IMG/VR virus record: IMGVR_UViG_3300025913_000018
Reading direction: 5' to 3' (one strand)
Length of the DNA: 64,000 bases
From: a virus
Lineage: Duplodnaviria > Heunggongvirae > Uroviricota > Caudoviricetes
Of this stretch, positions 37,114 through 45,759 are shown piece by piece; within the stretch, counting starts at the first letter, position 1; each line of letters starts with the position of its first letter. The position numbers and the translations under genes were made by a program. Below the pieces are notes generated by a model. That model worked only from the letters and a program-made list of their open reading frames with translations, made no database searches and was not told the origin of the DNA.

Positions 37114-37196
37114 TACGCCCTGCACCCGAGGCACGGACCGTAGCCCTTACGGCAGTTGGAGCACCAGAGGAGCTTCTTGATTCGGAGGTAGCCCAT
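37113..37196 (-). CDS. 27-aa Cys-rich micro-protein (MGYLRIKKLLWCSNCRKGYGPCLGCRA)
   Basis: Perfect GGGCGTAAGG SD 7 nt upstream; CxxC...CxxC; stop overlaps the next start. Confidence 0.35.
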   Translation of the reverse strand: MGYLRIKKLLWCSNCRKGYGPCLGCRA

Positions 37197-37212
37197 GAGG
37201 AGACCTTACGCC

Positions 37213-37539
37213 CTACGACTTGTCGAGCTTCTGGACCCACCCGTACGCAGAATCCATCATGCGTACGGCGCGTTGCTCTTCAGCTTCCGATCCGCACTCT
37301 CGCTTCTGGGCGATCTCGCGGTACCCATACCACCGCGCGTGATCCGCGATCATACGAAGTCCGCCCCGAGCCGGCTTCGACAAGCGCGCTTCGCGGCGTC
37401 CCTCTTCTCGCGCCGCCTCTACGATCTCGGCGAGTAGACCTCCGAGCCATCCCGTACGTCCGCGATACCCATCACCATCGCGTTGAATGGCTTCGGGTAC
37501 TTTCGAGAGGAGCTGGTTGACCTTACTGCGTCTCGTCAT
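37213..37539 (-). CDS. hypothetical protein
   Basis: MTRRSKVNQLLSKVPEAIQRDG... Confidence 0.45.
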   Translation of the reverse strand: MTRRSKVNQLLSKVPEAIQRDGDGYRGRTGWLGGLLAEIVEAAREEGRREARLSKPARGGLRMIADHARWYGYREIAQKRECGSEAEEQRAVRMMDSAYGWVQKLDKS

Positions 37540-38117
37540 TCCGACTTCGTCTTCTCGATCTCGGCGAGAGCGTCCACATCCCGAACGAGCATATCCAGCT
37601 CGCCGGAGACCCGGTTCTTGTCCTTCGTTCCGCGGAGGAGGGTGCTTCGATCCGCCATGACCTTCGCGGCCATGTGAAGACCCGAGGCTCGACCCCGAGC
37701 GGTGAGCTGACCGATCGTGATCTTCCCGAGCTTCGCCGCCTCGGCCGTGGCCAACCGGTTCTCTGCCAGTTCGGCGCGCTCCCGAGCCTCGTCGCGCTGT
37801 TCCCGGATCTTCCGCCCGGCCTCGGCCTCGTCTCGCCAGAGAGACTCGTAGTAGCCCTCTTTCCGAGTCGAGAAGCTCGAACTCACGGCGACTGAGGACG
37901 GTTCGGTTTCGAGCAGACCCAGGTTCTTCTGAAGTTCGTCTCCGAAGAGACCGACCTGAGCGAAGATCTCCCCGAGGGGTCCGGAGGCCTTCGAAGAGAT
38001 CTCCGAGAACGGAATCATCGAGATCTTCTTGGAGATCTCGATGAGGTCCTTCTTCACCCCGCGGACGATCTGTTCCTGTAGGTCCTTCGGGATCTCGTCC
38101 CACTTCTGATCAGTCAT
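37536..38117 (-). CDS. hypothetical coiled-coil protein
   Basis: 193 aa. Confidence 0.55.
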   Translation of the reverse strand: MTDQKWDEIPKDLQEQIVRGVKKDLIEISKKISMIPFSEISSKASGPLGEIFAQVGLFGDELQKNLGLLETEPSSVAVSSSFSTRKEGYYESLWRDEAEAGRKIREQRDEARERAELAENRLATAEAAKLGKITIGQLTARGRASGLHMAAKVMADRSTLLRGTKDKNRVSGELDMLVRDVDALAEIEKTKSE

Positions 38118-38478
38118 GGCGACTCTCCTCGACCTTGTCCTGGTGCCCGCCGTAGAAGTAGTCCTCCTCAGGGATCGCCTTCACGGCTTCGTCGATCTGC
38201 TTCTCGATCTCCTCGATCGAAAGACCCGCGAAGGTCCCGAGCATGTACGCGATGAGGTACATGTACTTCGCCCGCGAAGCCTGGAGCCATTGGTAGCCCT
38301 TCGTCACGCAGTCTCGTTCGGCATACCAGATGAAGGTGTTCTCGTCCGCGAGAGCCTCGCGATGGAACCGATCGAAGACGCTCTCTCGTTCGAGGAACTT
38401 GACGTACTTGTTCAAGTCCCGACGGCTCTTTCCGCACCGGGCTGCCAGACGATCGTGCTCCTCGATGTGAGAGTTCAC
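38110..38478 (-). CDS. hypothetical protein
   Basis: 122 aa. Confidence 0.5.
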   Translation of the reverse strand: MNSHIEEHDRLAARCGKSRRDLNKYVKFLERESVFDRFHREALADENTFIWYAERDCVTKGYQWLQASRAKYMYLIAYMLGTFAGLSIEEIEKQIDEAVKAIPEEDYFYGGHQDKVEESRHD

Positions 38479-38481
38479 GGC

Positions 38482-38790
38482 CTACCCCTCGTCTTCGACG
38501 GAAGCTCCGAGGAGATCGAGGGCGAGACGGGCGCTGACCGCTCGGACCCTGGCGTTCTCCAGCATGGAAGCGACCCGGACGAGATTCCCCGGAGTCCCAG
38601 CCCCGTCCGCCACGCGCTCTTCGGAAGTGGCCTCGCGACGGAGACTCTCCGCATAGATCTTGATGTTCGTCAGGGCGGTCTTTCGCTCGTGACGGAGACG
38701 ATAGACGACGGACTCCCGATCCTTTCGCTCTTGCTCCAGAGCCTTCTTGAAAAGCTCGGCGTCGGTTTCGGTTTCGATCTTCTTGACCAT
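38482..38790 (-). CDS. hypothetical protein
   Basis: 102 aa. Confidence 0.5.
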   Translation of the reverse strand: MVKKIETETDAELFKKALEQERKDRESVVYRLRHERKTALTNIKIYAESLRREATSEERVADGAGTPGNLVRVASMLENARVRAVSARLALDLLGASVEDEG

Positions 38791-38797
38791 GGAGTCC

Positions 38798-39346
38798 TTA
38801 CACCTTCCCGGTCTTCTTGACCGAACGGATCGCAGCCTCGACCTGACGGATATCCGTCGTCGCGAACATCTCGACGAGGGACCGAACGACGTCCCAGCCG
38901 TCCACCTTCTCGGCGACCGCGCGAGCGATCAGAGTCGAAAGGGGGTCTTCGATCGGGATGAGCGAGTTCACCACGTCGTGAGAGAAGTCCGTGGACGGAG
39001 AAACCGACAGGGAGGTCTTCTTCCCCTCGTCCGTCATCCTCGACGTCTTCATGATGTCGATGCGGGTGAACTCGAAGGGCGTTCCGCGCTGACCCTGGAG
39101 CGAGATGTCGGTCACGGCGATCTTCAGACCGCCGACGTCGTCTTCCTTCGTGAAGACGGAGGCCTTGAAGACCGTGTCGACCGGGATCCGATCGATCCCT
39201 CGATGGTCGCTCGACGGAAGCCGGCAACGCCGGTCGTGGTTGAAGTTCGTGACTGTACGATCGAGCCGGTAGGACTTCCCGTCCTCATACTCGAAGTCCT
39301 TCTCGGACAGCTTCACGGTCGAACGTTCTCGGGTCTTCGCAGTCAT
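38798..39346 (-). CDS. hypothetical protein
   Basis: 182 aa; promoter motif h upstream. Confidence 0.55.
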   Translation of the reverse strand: MTAKTRERSTVKLSEKDFEYEDGKSYRLDRTVTNFNHDRRCRLPSSDHRGIDRIPVDTVFKASVFTKEDDVGGLKIAVTDISLQGQRGTPFEFTRIDIMKTSRMTDEGKKTSLSVSPSTDFSHDVVNSLIPIEDPLSTLIARAVAEKVDGWDVVRSLVEMFATTDIRQVEAAIRSVKKTGKV

Positions 39347-39363
39347 CTCTGTCTCCTGTAGTC

Positions 39364-39393
39364 GTAACGAACGAGGTTCGCCGGACTACACCT
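39364..39393 (-). promoter_or_regulatory. conserved 30-bp promoter-like motif, instance h
   Basis: Plus strand gtaacgaacga-N11-ctacacct. Confidence 0.55.
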
Positions 39394-39580
39394 TCGTCTT
39401 CTGACGGTCGGCTTCGCGCTTCCAGAACCGGTCGCGACACTTCATCGCGTGCCTTCGGCTCGGATGGAGATGACCGAGGCCGCACGCGTAGCGGACCGGA
39501 CAAGGGATACTCACCCCTCGGTTCTTCGGCATACGGACCGGTTCGATCGGTCCGAGCGAGGTTCGAGTCGGTTCGGTCAC
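39386..39580 (-). CDS. small basic protein (GTG start)
   Basis: GGAGGG SD 8 nt upstream of the GTG. Confidence 0.4.
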   Translation of the reverse strand: MTEPTRTSLGPIEPVRMPKNRGVSIPCPVRYACGLGHLHPSRRHAMKCRDRFWKREADRQKTKV

Positions 39581-39583
39581 GGC

Positions 39584-39744
39584 TCAGCCCTCCGAGGCGA
39601 GCGCGCGATCGAGTCGACGGCGCGCGCGAGTGATGCGGCGCTTCGCGACGCGACGAAGGACCGAAGAGCGGTGGCTGCTGTTGCGACGCGCGTCTGCGAG
39701 GAGGTAGTCGCGATCCGTGAGGAGCTTCGGGAGGTTCTTGGTCA
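39584..39744 (-). CDS. small basic protein
   Basis: MTKNLPKLLTDRDYLLADARRN... Confidence 0.3.
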
Positions 39745-39990
39745 TGACGGAGTCTCCTTCATCGCTTCCGAGAGGACCTCGATCGCCGCTCGACGCGAGG
39801 AAGCGCCAGCCGTAACGAGACGACCTCGGAGGGACGCGGTCCAGACGAGTTCGGGGGTGGGGTTGTGAAGGTTGCCGTTCCGAGCGTACTTGAACCCGAC
39901 GCAGATCGACTGGACCTCGCCGCCCGCATCGCGAAGGTGCTTCGCGATCTTCGAGACGCGGCGGTCTCCTCGGGTACGGGTCTCGGTCAT
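39742..39990 (-). CDS. hypothetical protein
   Basis: MTETRTRGDRRVSKIAKHLRDAGGE... Confidence 0.45.
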   Translation of the reverse strand: MTETRTRGDRRVSKIAKHLRDAGGEVQSICVGFKYARNGNLHNPTPELVWTASLRGRLVTAGASSRRAAIEVLSEAMKETPS

Positions 39991-40103
39991 CGTCGTTCTC
40001 CTGAGTACCGGGTAGGGGGTCGAACCCACAGTTTCCTGCTCGAATCACCTTGGAAGGCTCTCCCTAGCCCGGGAGACTTTCTGTTCGAGTTACCGGCACC
40101 TAT
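39991..40103 (-). ncRNA. structured ~110-nt 5' leader / candidate cis-regulatory RNA between promoter motif p and the 39742..39990 gene
   Basis: Contains a perfect hairpin UCUCCC-GGGCUA-GGGAGA, CUCGAA/UUCGAG pairing and a GGGUUCGACCC element. No ORF with an SD. Confidence 0.3.
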
Positions 40104-40133
40104 GTAACGGACGACTCTCCCGATCCTACACTC
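40104..40133 (-). promoter_or_regulatory. conserved 30-bp promoter-like motif, instance p
   Basis: Plus strand gtaacggacga-N11-ctacactc. Confidence 0.55.
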
Positions 40134-40533
40134 TTTCGGACGTATCTTCTCCGATACTGGATGGGAAGATCGTGACCAGAGGAGCGTCGACTCGGGCGGA
40201 ATGGGCGTTGTAGGACCCCTCCCGAGTGAGAACGGGGACCCCGAGCTTCGTGGCGACGGCCTGATCCAGCTCGGGCCACGGGCCCACGTAGTCCGGGAGC
40301 CGGACGTGGAGTTTCCCGTTCACGAGCGCGTACCCGCGGATCTCCCCCTTCGCGGGCTTCGACATGACATGGACCCACCGGAGCGGAAGCGTCAGCTTCC
40401 CTTCGACGAGGGAAGGCTTCGCCTCGTCCCGTCCGAGGAAGTTCGAAGTGAAGACACTCGTCCCTTCGCTGATGCGATCGTCGAGAACGACCGAGAGCCG
40501 ACCGTCCGAGAAAGCTGTCTCGATCTCGTTCAC
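40126..40533 (-). CDS. hypothetical protein (GTG start)
   Basis: GGGAGG SD; GTGA coupling to the upstream micro-ORF. Confidence 0.4.
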   Translation of the reverse strand: MNEIETAFSDGRLSVVLDDRISEGTSVFTSNFLGRDEAKPSLVEGKLTLPLRWVHVMSKPAKGEIRGYALVNGKLHVRLPDYVGPWPELDQAVATKLGVPVLTREGSYNAHSARVDAPLVTIFPSSIGEDTSERV

Positions 40534-40682
40534 AGGGACCTCCCGAGAAAGAATGCGAGCGTGAGAAGGGCGAAGAGAACGAGAGCGTGCTTCCAGTAGT
40601 GGCGAACGTAGATCTCGACGTGAACGAGACCGTAAGTGAGAACGAACGCCCCGCCGATGAGAAACCCCAGGATGCGCTCCAT
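40530..40682 (-). CDS. 50-aa two-TM membrane micro-protein (MERILGFLIGGAFVLTYGLVHVEIYVRHYWKHALVLFALLTLAFFLGRSL)
   Basis: Unlisted small ORF filling the gap; overlaps its neighbours' stop and start. Confidence 0.4.
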   Translation of the reverse strand: MERILGFLIGGAFVLTYGLVHVEIYVRHYWKHALVLFALLTLAFFLGRSL

Positions 40683-41089
40683 CAGACTTCTCCGTACGCG
40701 CGAGGTTCGGGCTCGATCCGCTCGGCCATCTTCTCAACGGCGCGGATCTCGGCTTCGTAGTCGGAGATCACCGCGTCGATCATGCGACCGACGATCGCTT
40801 TCGCGAAGTTCATCCCCGGCCAGGGCTTGTTCCAGTCGCGAATGTGGTCCGCCCTCATCTTCCTCATGCTCTCGATCTCCGGCTCGACCCGAGCCCGGAC
40901 CCGAACGATGCGCGCGGCGTTCTCGTCACACTGCCCGCATGAGAGAGACGAGAAGGTGGGGAGATGGTTCTTCCCGGCGGTGCAGTGGTAGAGGATGTCT
41001 CCGAGGGGCGCGCAGGTGCGACAGATCCGGAGCGCGAGAGGTCCCGGCATCGGATCTTCGCACCACAGGCAACGGAGACCCGTCTTCAT
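40682..41089 (-). CDS. zinc-finger protein
   Basis: CLWCED...CRTC...C..C..C. Confidence 0.5.
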   Translation of the reverse strand: MKTGLRCLWCEDPMPGPLALRICRTCAPLGDILYHCTAGKNHLPTFSSLSCGQCDENAARIVRVRARVEPEIESMRKMRADHIRDWNKPWPGMNFAKAIVGRMIDAVISDYEAEIRAVEKMAERIEPEPRAYGEV

Positions 41090-41586
41090 CGCTTCGGCTC
41101 CTCTCGACCGTAGACTGACGCGACGCGACCCTTCGGGATTCCCCCGATGCTGGTACGCTTCGCTCCCGACTCGACCGGAACGAGGGCTTCACCCTTCTCC
41201 GGGGTGAGAAGCTTTTTCGCCGCGAGGACGATGCGTAGGAACTCTTTCGCCGCGAGATGGAACTGAAACTCTCCGCACGTGAAGCGAGACTTGTAGCTCC
41301 CGTCGGTCGAGTCGTTGGTGGAAGGACGCTCCAGCTCCTTCTGGTCGTCCCACGTCCAGATGAAGAACTGATCCGAGCCGCGGACTTCACCGAAGAAGAT
41401 GCGCACCGTGTTTCGCTCGAAGCCGTAGTTGATCGAAGCGCAGTAGCCGCGCTCGCGACCGTTCCGAAGCTCCGTGAAAGAGATTCTCCACAGAACATCC
41501 TCGTCGAAATTTGCCACGTCCAGGATATGGATGGCGATCGGACGGAAGGCCTGGGCCTGGAGATTCAATTCGTCTGCGAGTCTCAT
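41086..41586 (-). CDS. hypothetical protein
   Basis: 166 aa; promoter motif i upstream. Confidence 0.55.
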   Translation of the reverse strand: MRLADELNLQAQAFRPIAIHILDVANFDEDVLWRISFTELRNGRERGYCASINYGFERNTVRIFFGEVRGSDQFFIWTWDDQKELERPSTNDSTDGSYKSRFTCGEFQFHLAAKEFLRIVLAAKKLLTPEKGEALVPVESGAKRTSIGGIPKGRVASVYGREEPKR

Positions 41587-41602
41587 TTTCGGTTTCCTTC
41601 GT

Positions 41603-41797
41603 TCAGGTAACGATCGACTCGGGGGAGTTTACACTCCTCTCGATCCTACATCCGAGGCATCGGGCGAGACCTTCGGCGTCTCGTGTCGCGTCCTTCTCGT
41701 TGTTCGTGTATCGAACCGTGAGGACGCCCCCGGGGCCATGGAGGTACACGTACCAGTGGTGGTTCCCGAGGGTTCGGATCTCAACGAACGGAAGCAT
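41603..41797 (-). CDS. small hypothetical protein
   Basis: MLPFVEIRTLGNHHWYVYLHG... Confidence 0.4.
   Translation of the reverse strand: MLPFVEIRTLGNHHWYVYLHGPGGVLTVRYTNNEKDATRDAEGLARCLGCRIERSVNSPESIVT
41607..41636 (-). promoter_or_regulatory. conserved 30-bp promoter-like motif, instance i (inside the 3' end of the upstream CDS)
   Basis: Plus strand gtaacgatcga-N11-ttacactc. Confidence 0.55.
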
Positions 41798-41966
41798 CCT
41801 CGCCCCTCTCCTCTCCACCGGGGCAGTCGATCGGAAGGCCGGACGACTCCACGATCCGGAGCTTCACCTGCTTCTTGCATCGGAAGAGGGGGTGCTTCGG
41901 GTCGACCGCCATCGACGTGACCGGCCCGAAGTGAACGCATTTCCGGCACTCTGTTGGCTGGCTCAC
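41781..41966 (-). CDS. small zinc-ribbon protein
   Basis: CRKC...C..C. Confidence 0.4.
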   Translation of the reverse strand: MSQPTECRKCVHFGPVTSMAVDPKHPLFRCKKQVKLRIVESSGLPIDCPGGEERGEDASVR

Positions 41967-42322
41967 GGGTTCTCCCGTTCGTAGAGACGGGCCTCGACGT
42001 CGCGAACGTCCTGCTGAAGGGACTCGACCTTGTCGAGGAGGTCTCGAACGGCCTCAACCGGATCTCCGCCCGGCTTCAGAAGCCCTTCGGTCGCGAGGAA
42101 GGCGAGGACACGAAGACCCTCGTGAGTCATGATGCGGCCGACGTTCCTCATGTAGCCGGCCTGCTCCAGGACGTTCTGGAAGGGCTCCTCGGGCGGCATC
42201 CACTTCAGGATCGCCTTCATGTTCCGGTCCGAGAGGTGAAGACCTCCGATCCGCGAACCCTCGTCCTTCGTCGGCTCGTCGCCGTCGACCCAGCCCTTCG
42301 GCTCGTAGCTACCCTTCGTCAT
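41963..42322 (-). CDS. hypothetical protein
   Basis: MTKGSYEPKGWVDGDEPTKDEG... Confidence 0.5.
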   Translation of the reverse strand: MTKGSYEPKGWVDGDEPTKDEGSRIGGLHLSDRNMKAILKWMPPEEPFQNVLEQAGYMRNVGRIMTHEGLRVLAFLATEGLLKPGGDPVEAVRDLLDKVESLQQDVRDVEARLYERENP

Positions 42323-42524
42323 CGTCTTCTCCTCGCACCATGGTTCCGTCGGCCATGAGGCAGACGGTCGTGTTCTTTGCACTACGCCAGTTGGCTCGAT
42401 CTCCGGAGAGAATCGTCGCGGGCCCCTGGAAGCCTTGAGCCTTCATATGCTCGCAGGCGTGCTCTCGATCTTCCTTCTTCTCGACGAGAATGAGGTTGCC
42501 GTAGACGTTGACGAAGAGAGACAT
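42309..42524 (-). CDS. small hypothetical protein
   Basis: 71 aa. Confidence 0.4.
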   Translation of the reverse strand: MSLFVNVYGNLILVEKKEDREHACEHMKAQGFQGPATILSGDRANWRSAKNTTVCLMADGTMVRGEDDDEG

Positions 42525-42531
42525 GAGACCC

Positions 42532-42828
42532 TCAGAGCGAAGTGTAGAGACCGGTGTGATGCTCGATCACGGTCCGGAGCTGGTCGTTGTAAACGAACGA
42601 GGCCGAAGAGACCTCCTTCACCGTAACACCACGAGCGCGGAGGAAGGTGAGCGAGTAGGTGTCGCTCGGGTCGAGGGTCACCACCACGTGGGTAACGCTC
42701 CTCGCGTTCTTCCCGATCCGGAAGTGGACCGACTTCTCGTCACCGACCATCTGCTTCGCGCCGATCATGACGAGGGCGCGGCGGCCGATCTGATCGAGGA
42801 TGGTGTTCGCTACGGTCATGTCGCTCAT
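42532..42828 (-). CDS. hypothetical protein
   Basis: MSDMTVANTILDQIGRRALVMIGAK...; promoter motif j upstream. Confidence 0.5.
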   Translation of the reverse strand: MSDMTVANTILDQIGRRALVMIGAKQMVGDEKSVHFRIGKNARSVTHVVVTLDPSDTYSLTFLRARGVTVKEVSSASFVYNDQLRTVIEHHTGLYTSL

Positions 42829-42847
42829 GTTCGTCGTCTCCGCCTCT

Positions 42848-42877
42848 GTAACGAACGACCCCGCGACCCCTACACTC
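42848..42877 (-). promoter_or_regulatory. conserved 30-bp promoter-like motif, instance j
   Basis: Plus strand gtaacgaacga-N11-ctacactc. Confidence 0.6.
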
Positions 42878-42880
42878 GGT

Positions 42881-43512
42881 TCAGGCGTTTTTCCACTTTC
42901 CGACTTCGCGGTAACTATCGCCCCAAACCTCCAGCATTTCGTGGTTGAAGTCGAGGCGAACGACGAGGTTCTGGCGCAGATCCTTGAAGCCATACTCCCG
43001 GGTCAGGTACGAGAGAAGAGCCTCCGATCGGAGGGAGACGTTGAACGGGCGCTTCGCCCCCTTCAACTCGTCGAGCCGCGAGAGGAACGAAGGCGGGACC
43101 TTGAAGTCCTCCTCGTTCGGGGCCCCGTAGGCTCCTCCGAACACCCAGTAGACGGCCACGAACTTCCGACCGTCCTGCCCGAAGGCCATCTGGTAGACGT
43201 GGCCCGAGCGGCGGCAGATCGCGAGAACCCACCCCGGTGCGTTGTCGTAGGGGAGACCCCCGAACATCCGGGCCTCCATCTCCGCGTCGAAGCTCTCGTT
43301 TCCATACGGGTCGAGAACGAGGAAGGTCTCCGCGCCCACCTTCAAGTCGAAGTTGAAGAGTCGACTCGGGCCCGGAGCGCGCGTCCCACTGCTGTGAGAT
43401 GACCACAACCCCTCGGTGCAGTAGACCTTCGAGATGACCTTTCCCTCGACGGCGGTGTACTGGACCGGTCGATAGGCGTCGGAAGGGAGATCGAGGCGAG
43501 GCTTCTTCATGA
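42881..43512 (-). CDS. hypothetical protein (210 aa)
   Basis: MKKPRLDLPSDAYRPVQYTAVEGK...; motif k 6 nt upstream. Confidence 0.55.
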
Positions 43513-43515
43513 TGT

Positions 43516-43545
43516 GGTAACGAACGAGAGGCGAAGCTCTACACT
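43516..43545 (-). promoter_or_regulatory. conserved 30-bp promoter-like motif, instance k
   Basis: Plus strand gtaacgaacga-N11-ctacactc. Confidence 0.6.
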
Positions 43546-43889
43546 CAGAAAGGCGGGCGATGGAATCCGAGAAGAGCCAGCTCATCGTCGGTGAGGCCGG
43601 AGGCTTCAAGCTTCTTCATGACGCGACTCCGATCGTCGTCATTCACGTCTGCGAAGACTGGCGACAACTCCCCGACCCAGAAGTGACCGTCCTTGTCCAC
43701 GACCGCGGAGAACTTGGAGACCTTCGCCGAGGTCCCGCTCGGACCCTTGTTGCTTCCGTAGATCTGAGCGTGACGCTTGTCGAAGAAGTAACGCGTGACC
43801 TTGTTCGGCCCTCGTCCTTCGCAGTCGGTCGCCTCTTCGGCTCCGTAGACTTCGAGGATGTCGCCCGGGACGTACTTGGGAAGGTCCAT
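43545..43889 (-). CDS. hypothetical protein
   Basis: 114 aa. Confidence 0.5.
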   Translation of the reverse strand: MDLPKYVPGDILEVYGAEEATDCEGRGPNKVTRYFFDKRHAQIYGSNKGPSGTSAKVSKFSAVVDKDGHFWVGELSPVFADVNDDDRSRVMKKLEASGLTDDELALLGFHRPPF

Positions 43890-43896
43890 CCCTCCC

Positions 43897-44322
43897 TTAC
43901 TCCGGGCGCTCGTCGGTCTCTCCTGCGAGGTACTCCTTCAGGTCGACCCGTCCGCTGAAGGAGACGGGGATGAAGACTCGTCCCAGCGCTCGATGAGCGA
44001 AGTACCGGTGCCATCCGTCGATCAAGATCGGCTCGGGGTAGACGTGGCCGCGATCGCACTTGCAATCCAAGACGATCGGTTCTTCGAGGTCCTTCTCCGA
44101 CGTCGTCAGGAAGAGGATTCGGCCGGCGTGCTTTTCCGCCGACCACGAACCCTTCCCCCCCGAGTCCACGGTCTCCGAGTAGCTCTCGTCGATCAGAGGA
44201 AGACCCTCGACCTCCAGGAGGTCCTGGTTGAACCCCGAGCCCCACGGGTCGTATGTGTCGCCGAAGAACTCCTCCAGTCTCTCGACGAGGAGCATGTCGA
44301 TGATGTCTTCAGATTGGTCCAC
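43897..44322 (-). CDS. ParB-like nuclease domain (ParBc) protein
   Basis: PILIDGWHRYFAHRALG matches the ParB/Srx GxHR motif. Confidence 0.55.
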   Translation of the reverse strand: MDQSEDIIDMLLVERLEEFFGDTYDPWGSGFNQDLLEVEGLPLIDESYSETVDSGGKGSWSAEKHAGRILFLTTSEKDLEEPIVLDCKCDRGHVYPEPILIDGWHRYFAHRALGRVFIPVSFSGRVDLKEYLAGETDERPE

Positions 44323-44342
44323 AAGAAGCTTACGCTCTGCGC

Positions 44343-44784
44343 TTAGAGAGCGATCGTCTTTGTCGATCCGTCCGAGAAGACGGCGCGGAAGGTCTTCGGG
44401 GCGAGGTCGGTAACTGGAACCAGCGGGATGTACGAGATCTCGGCAGAACGCCGGTACGGACTCTTCGTTTGATCTGTCGAAGGGACCTGAGCGACGAGGG
44501 CCGCGATCGTCTCTGTTGAGGCCTCGATCTTCACCACGAGGGGACCGATCCTCTTCAACTCCGCGATCGTCTTCTCCATCCCCCTGAGCGCTTCTCCGAG
44601 GTCGTAGTCGTGAGGAGCGCGGATCAGGTACCGGCCCTCGAACACTTCAACCGTCTTCCCGCGGGCATCGAACACCTCGCGAGCGCGTTCTCGACGTTCG
44701 GGCGCGCACTCAGGACAGAAGTGGATGCCAGCGTCCACGCCTGGAGGAGGGGCCCAAGGCCGACCGCAGAAACGACAGGTCAAT
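44343..44784 (-). CDS. zinc-ribbon hypothetical protein (TTG start, TTGA-coupled)
   Basis: LTCRFCGRPW...FCPECAPE; no ATG or GTG available in frame. Confidence 0.4.
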
Positions 44785-45178
44785 CGAACCGAGCGAAGTC
44801 GCCCCTCGCCGCAGGAGTGAACACGAACACCGTCGCGTCCCGGCCGTCCGGATCGGTGACGAGAGGGTTCCCGCCTCGGAACCCTACCACACGCTGGAAC
44901 CGTGGGATCCCGCTCGGATCCGGCTCGCCCGTTGAGCAGTCGACGAGCTGGATGAACTCCTCGATCTCTCGATACCGAAGCCCGGTAGGACCGTCGTCGG
45001 TAGCGACCTCGATCGTCGGGTTGTCGGAGCACTCGGTCGCGTCTCCGCACCCATGGGTCGACTCGTAGATCACGAGCGTGTCCCCGCCTTCGCCCATGTT
45101 CTGAGCGACGCCCAGGACGAAGTAGATCCCACCATTGTAGTGGACGTAGAAGCCCTTCTTCACTCGATGCTCAGTCAT
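44780..45178 (-). CDS. DUF1653-like protein
   Basis: GFYVHYNGGIYFVLGVAQN...TLVIYES resembles the DUF1653 core. Confidence 0.5.
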   Translation of the reverse strand: MTEHRVKKGFYVHYNGGIYFVLGVAQNMGEGGDTLVIYESTHGCGDATECSDNPTIEVATDDGPTGLRYREIEEFIQLVDCSTGEPDPSGIPRFQRVVGFRGGNPLVTDPDGRDATVFVFTPAARGDFARFD

Positions 45179-45759
45179 GGCTTCTGCTTACCCTCGGGGA
45201 TGAGATGGGTCAGGGCACTCATGACCTGCTCCATCGCCAGGCGCGTCGAAAAATCGAAGTCCGGGTCTTCGTAGTGGCTCGCGAACTTCACCCAGGAGTG
45301 AAGGTTACTCGTGGCCACGAAGACGGGAGGATGACTGCTCCCCTTCTGGACGACGGGCCACGACATCAGGAATCGAGTGTCTCGCGCGAAGGCCCACTCG
45401 ACCTCAGTCGGAAACCGGGCGAAGAGGAGGCTCAGAGTGGTCCACCTCAAGGCCCAGTCGTGATCCTTCGTGAGGCAGAGATCTCCCAGCTCATCCGTCG
45501 TGAGCTGGTTTCGGTTCATGTACGTGAGAACGGCCGAGAGCCCGAGCGCCTTTCGAACTTCCCCTGCGATGTCGTCGGTCGACCCTCCGCACCATCGGTA
45601 GCGAAGTCTCTCCGCCGTCTCGTCCAGAGTGATCGGGAAGCCTCCCACGGCGACGACGTGAACTCCTTCATGACGACGAGCGAACTCTTCCGCTCGTTCG
45701 AGAACGGTCCCCTTCGGAAGCGCTCCTACGGCGCGGTGTAAGTCGAGGAAGGAGATCAT
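45175..45759 (-). CDS. hypothetical protein
   Basis: MISFLDLHRAVGALPKGTVLERAEE... Confidence 0.5.
   Translation of the reverse strand: MISFLDLHRAVGALPKGTVLERAEEFARRHEGVHVVAVGGFPITLDETAERLRYRWCGGSTDDIAGEVRKALGLSAVLTYMNRNQLTTDELGDLCLTKDHDWALRWTTLSLLFARFPTEVEWAFARDTRFLMSWPVVQKGSSHPPVFVATSNLHSWVKFASHYEDPDFDFSTRLAMEQVMSALTHLIPEGKQKP

Noticed and set aside
40005-40100. Possible tRNA (GGGUUCGACCC T-arm-like element).
   Set aside because: No 7-bp acceptor stem, D-arm or anticodon arm could be built. It is treated instead as a structured leader.
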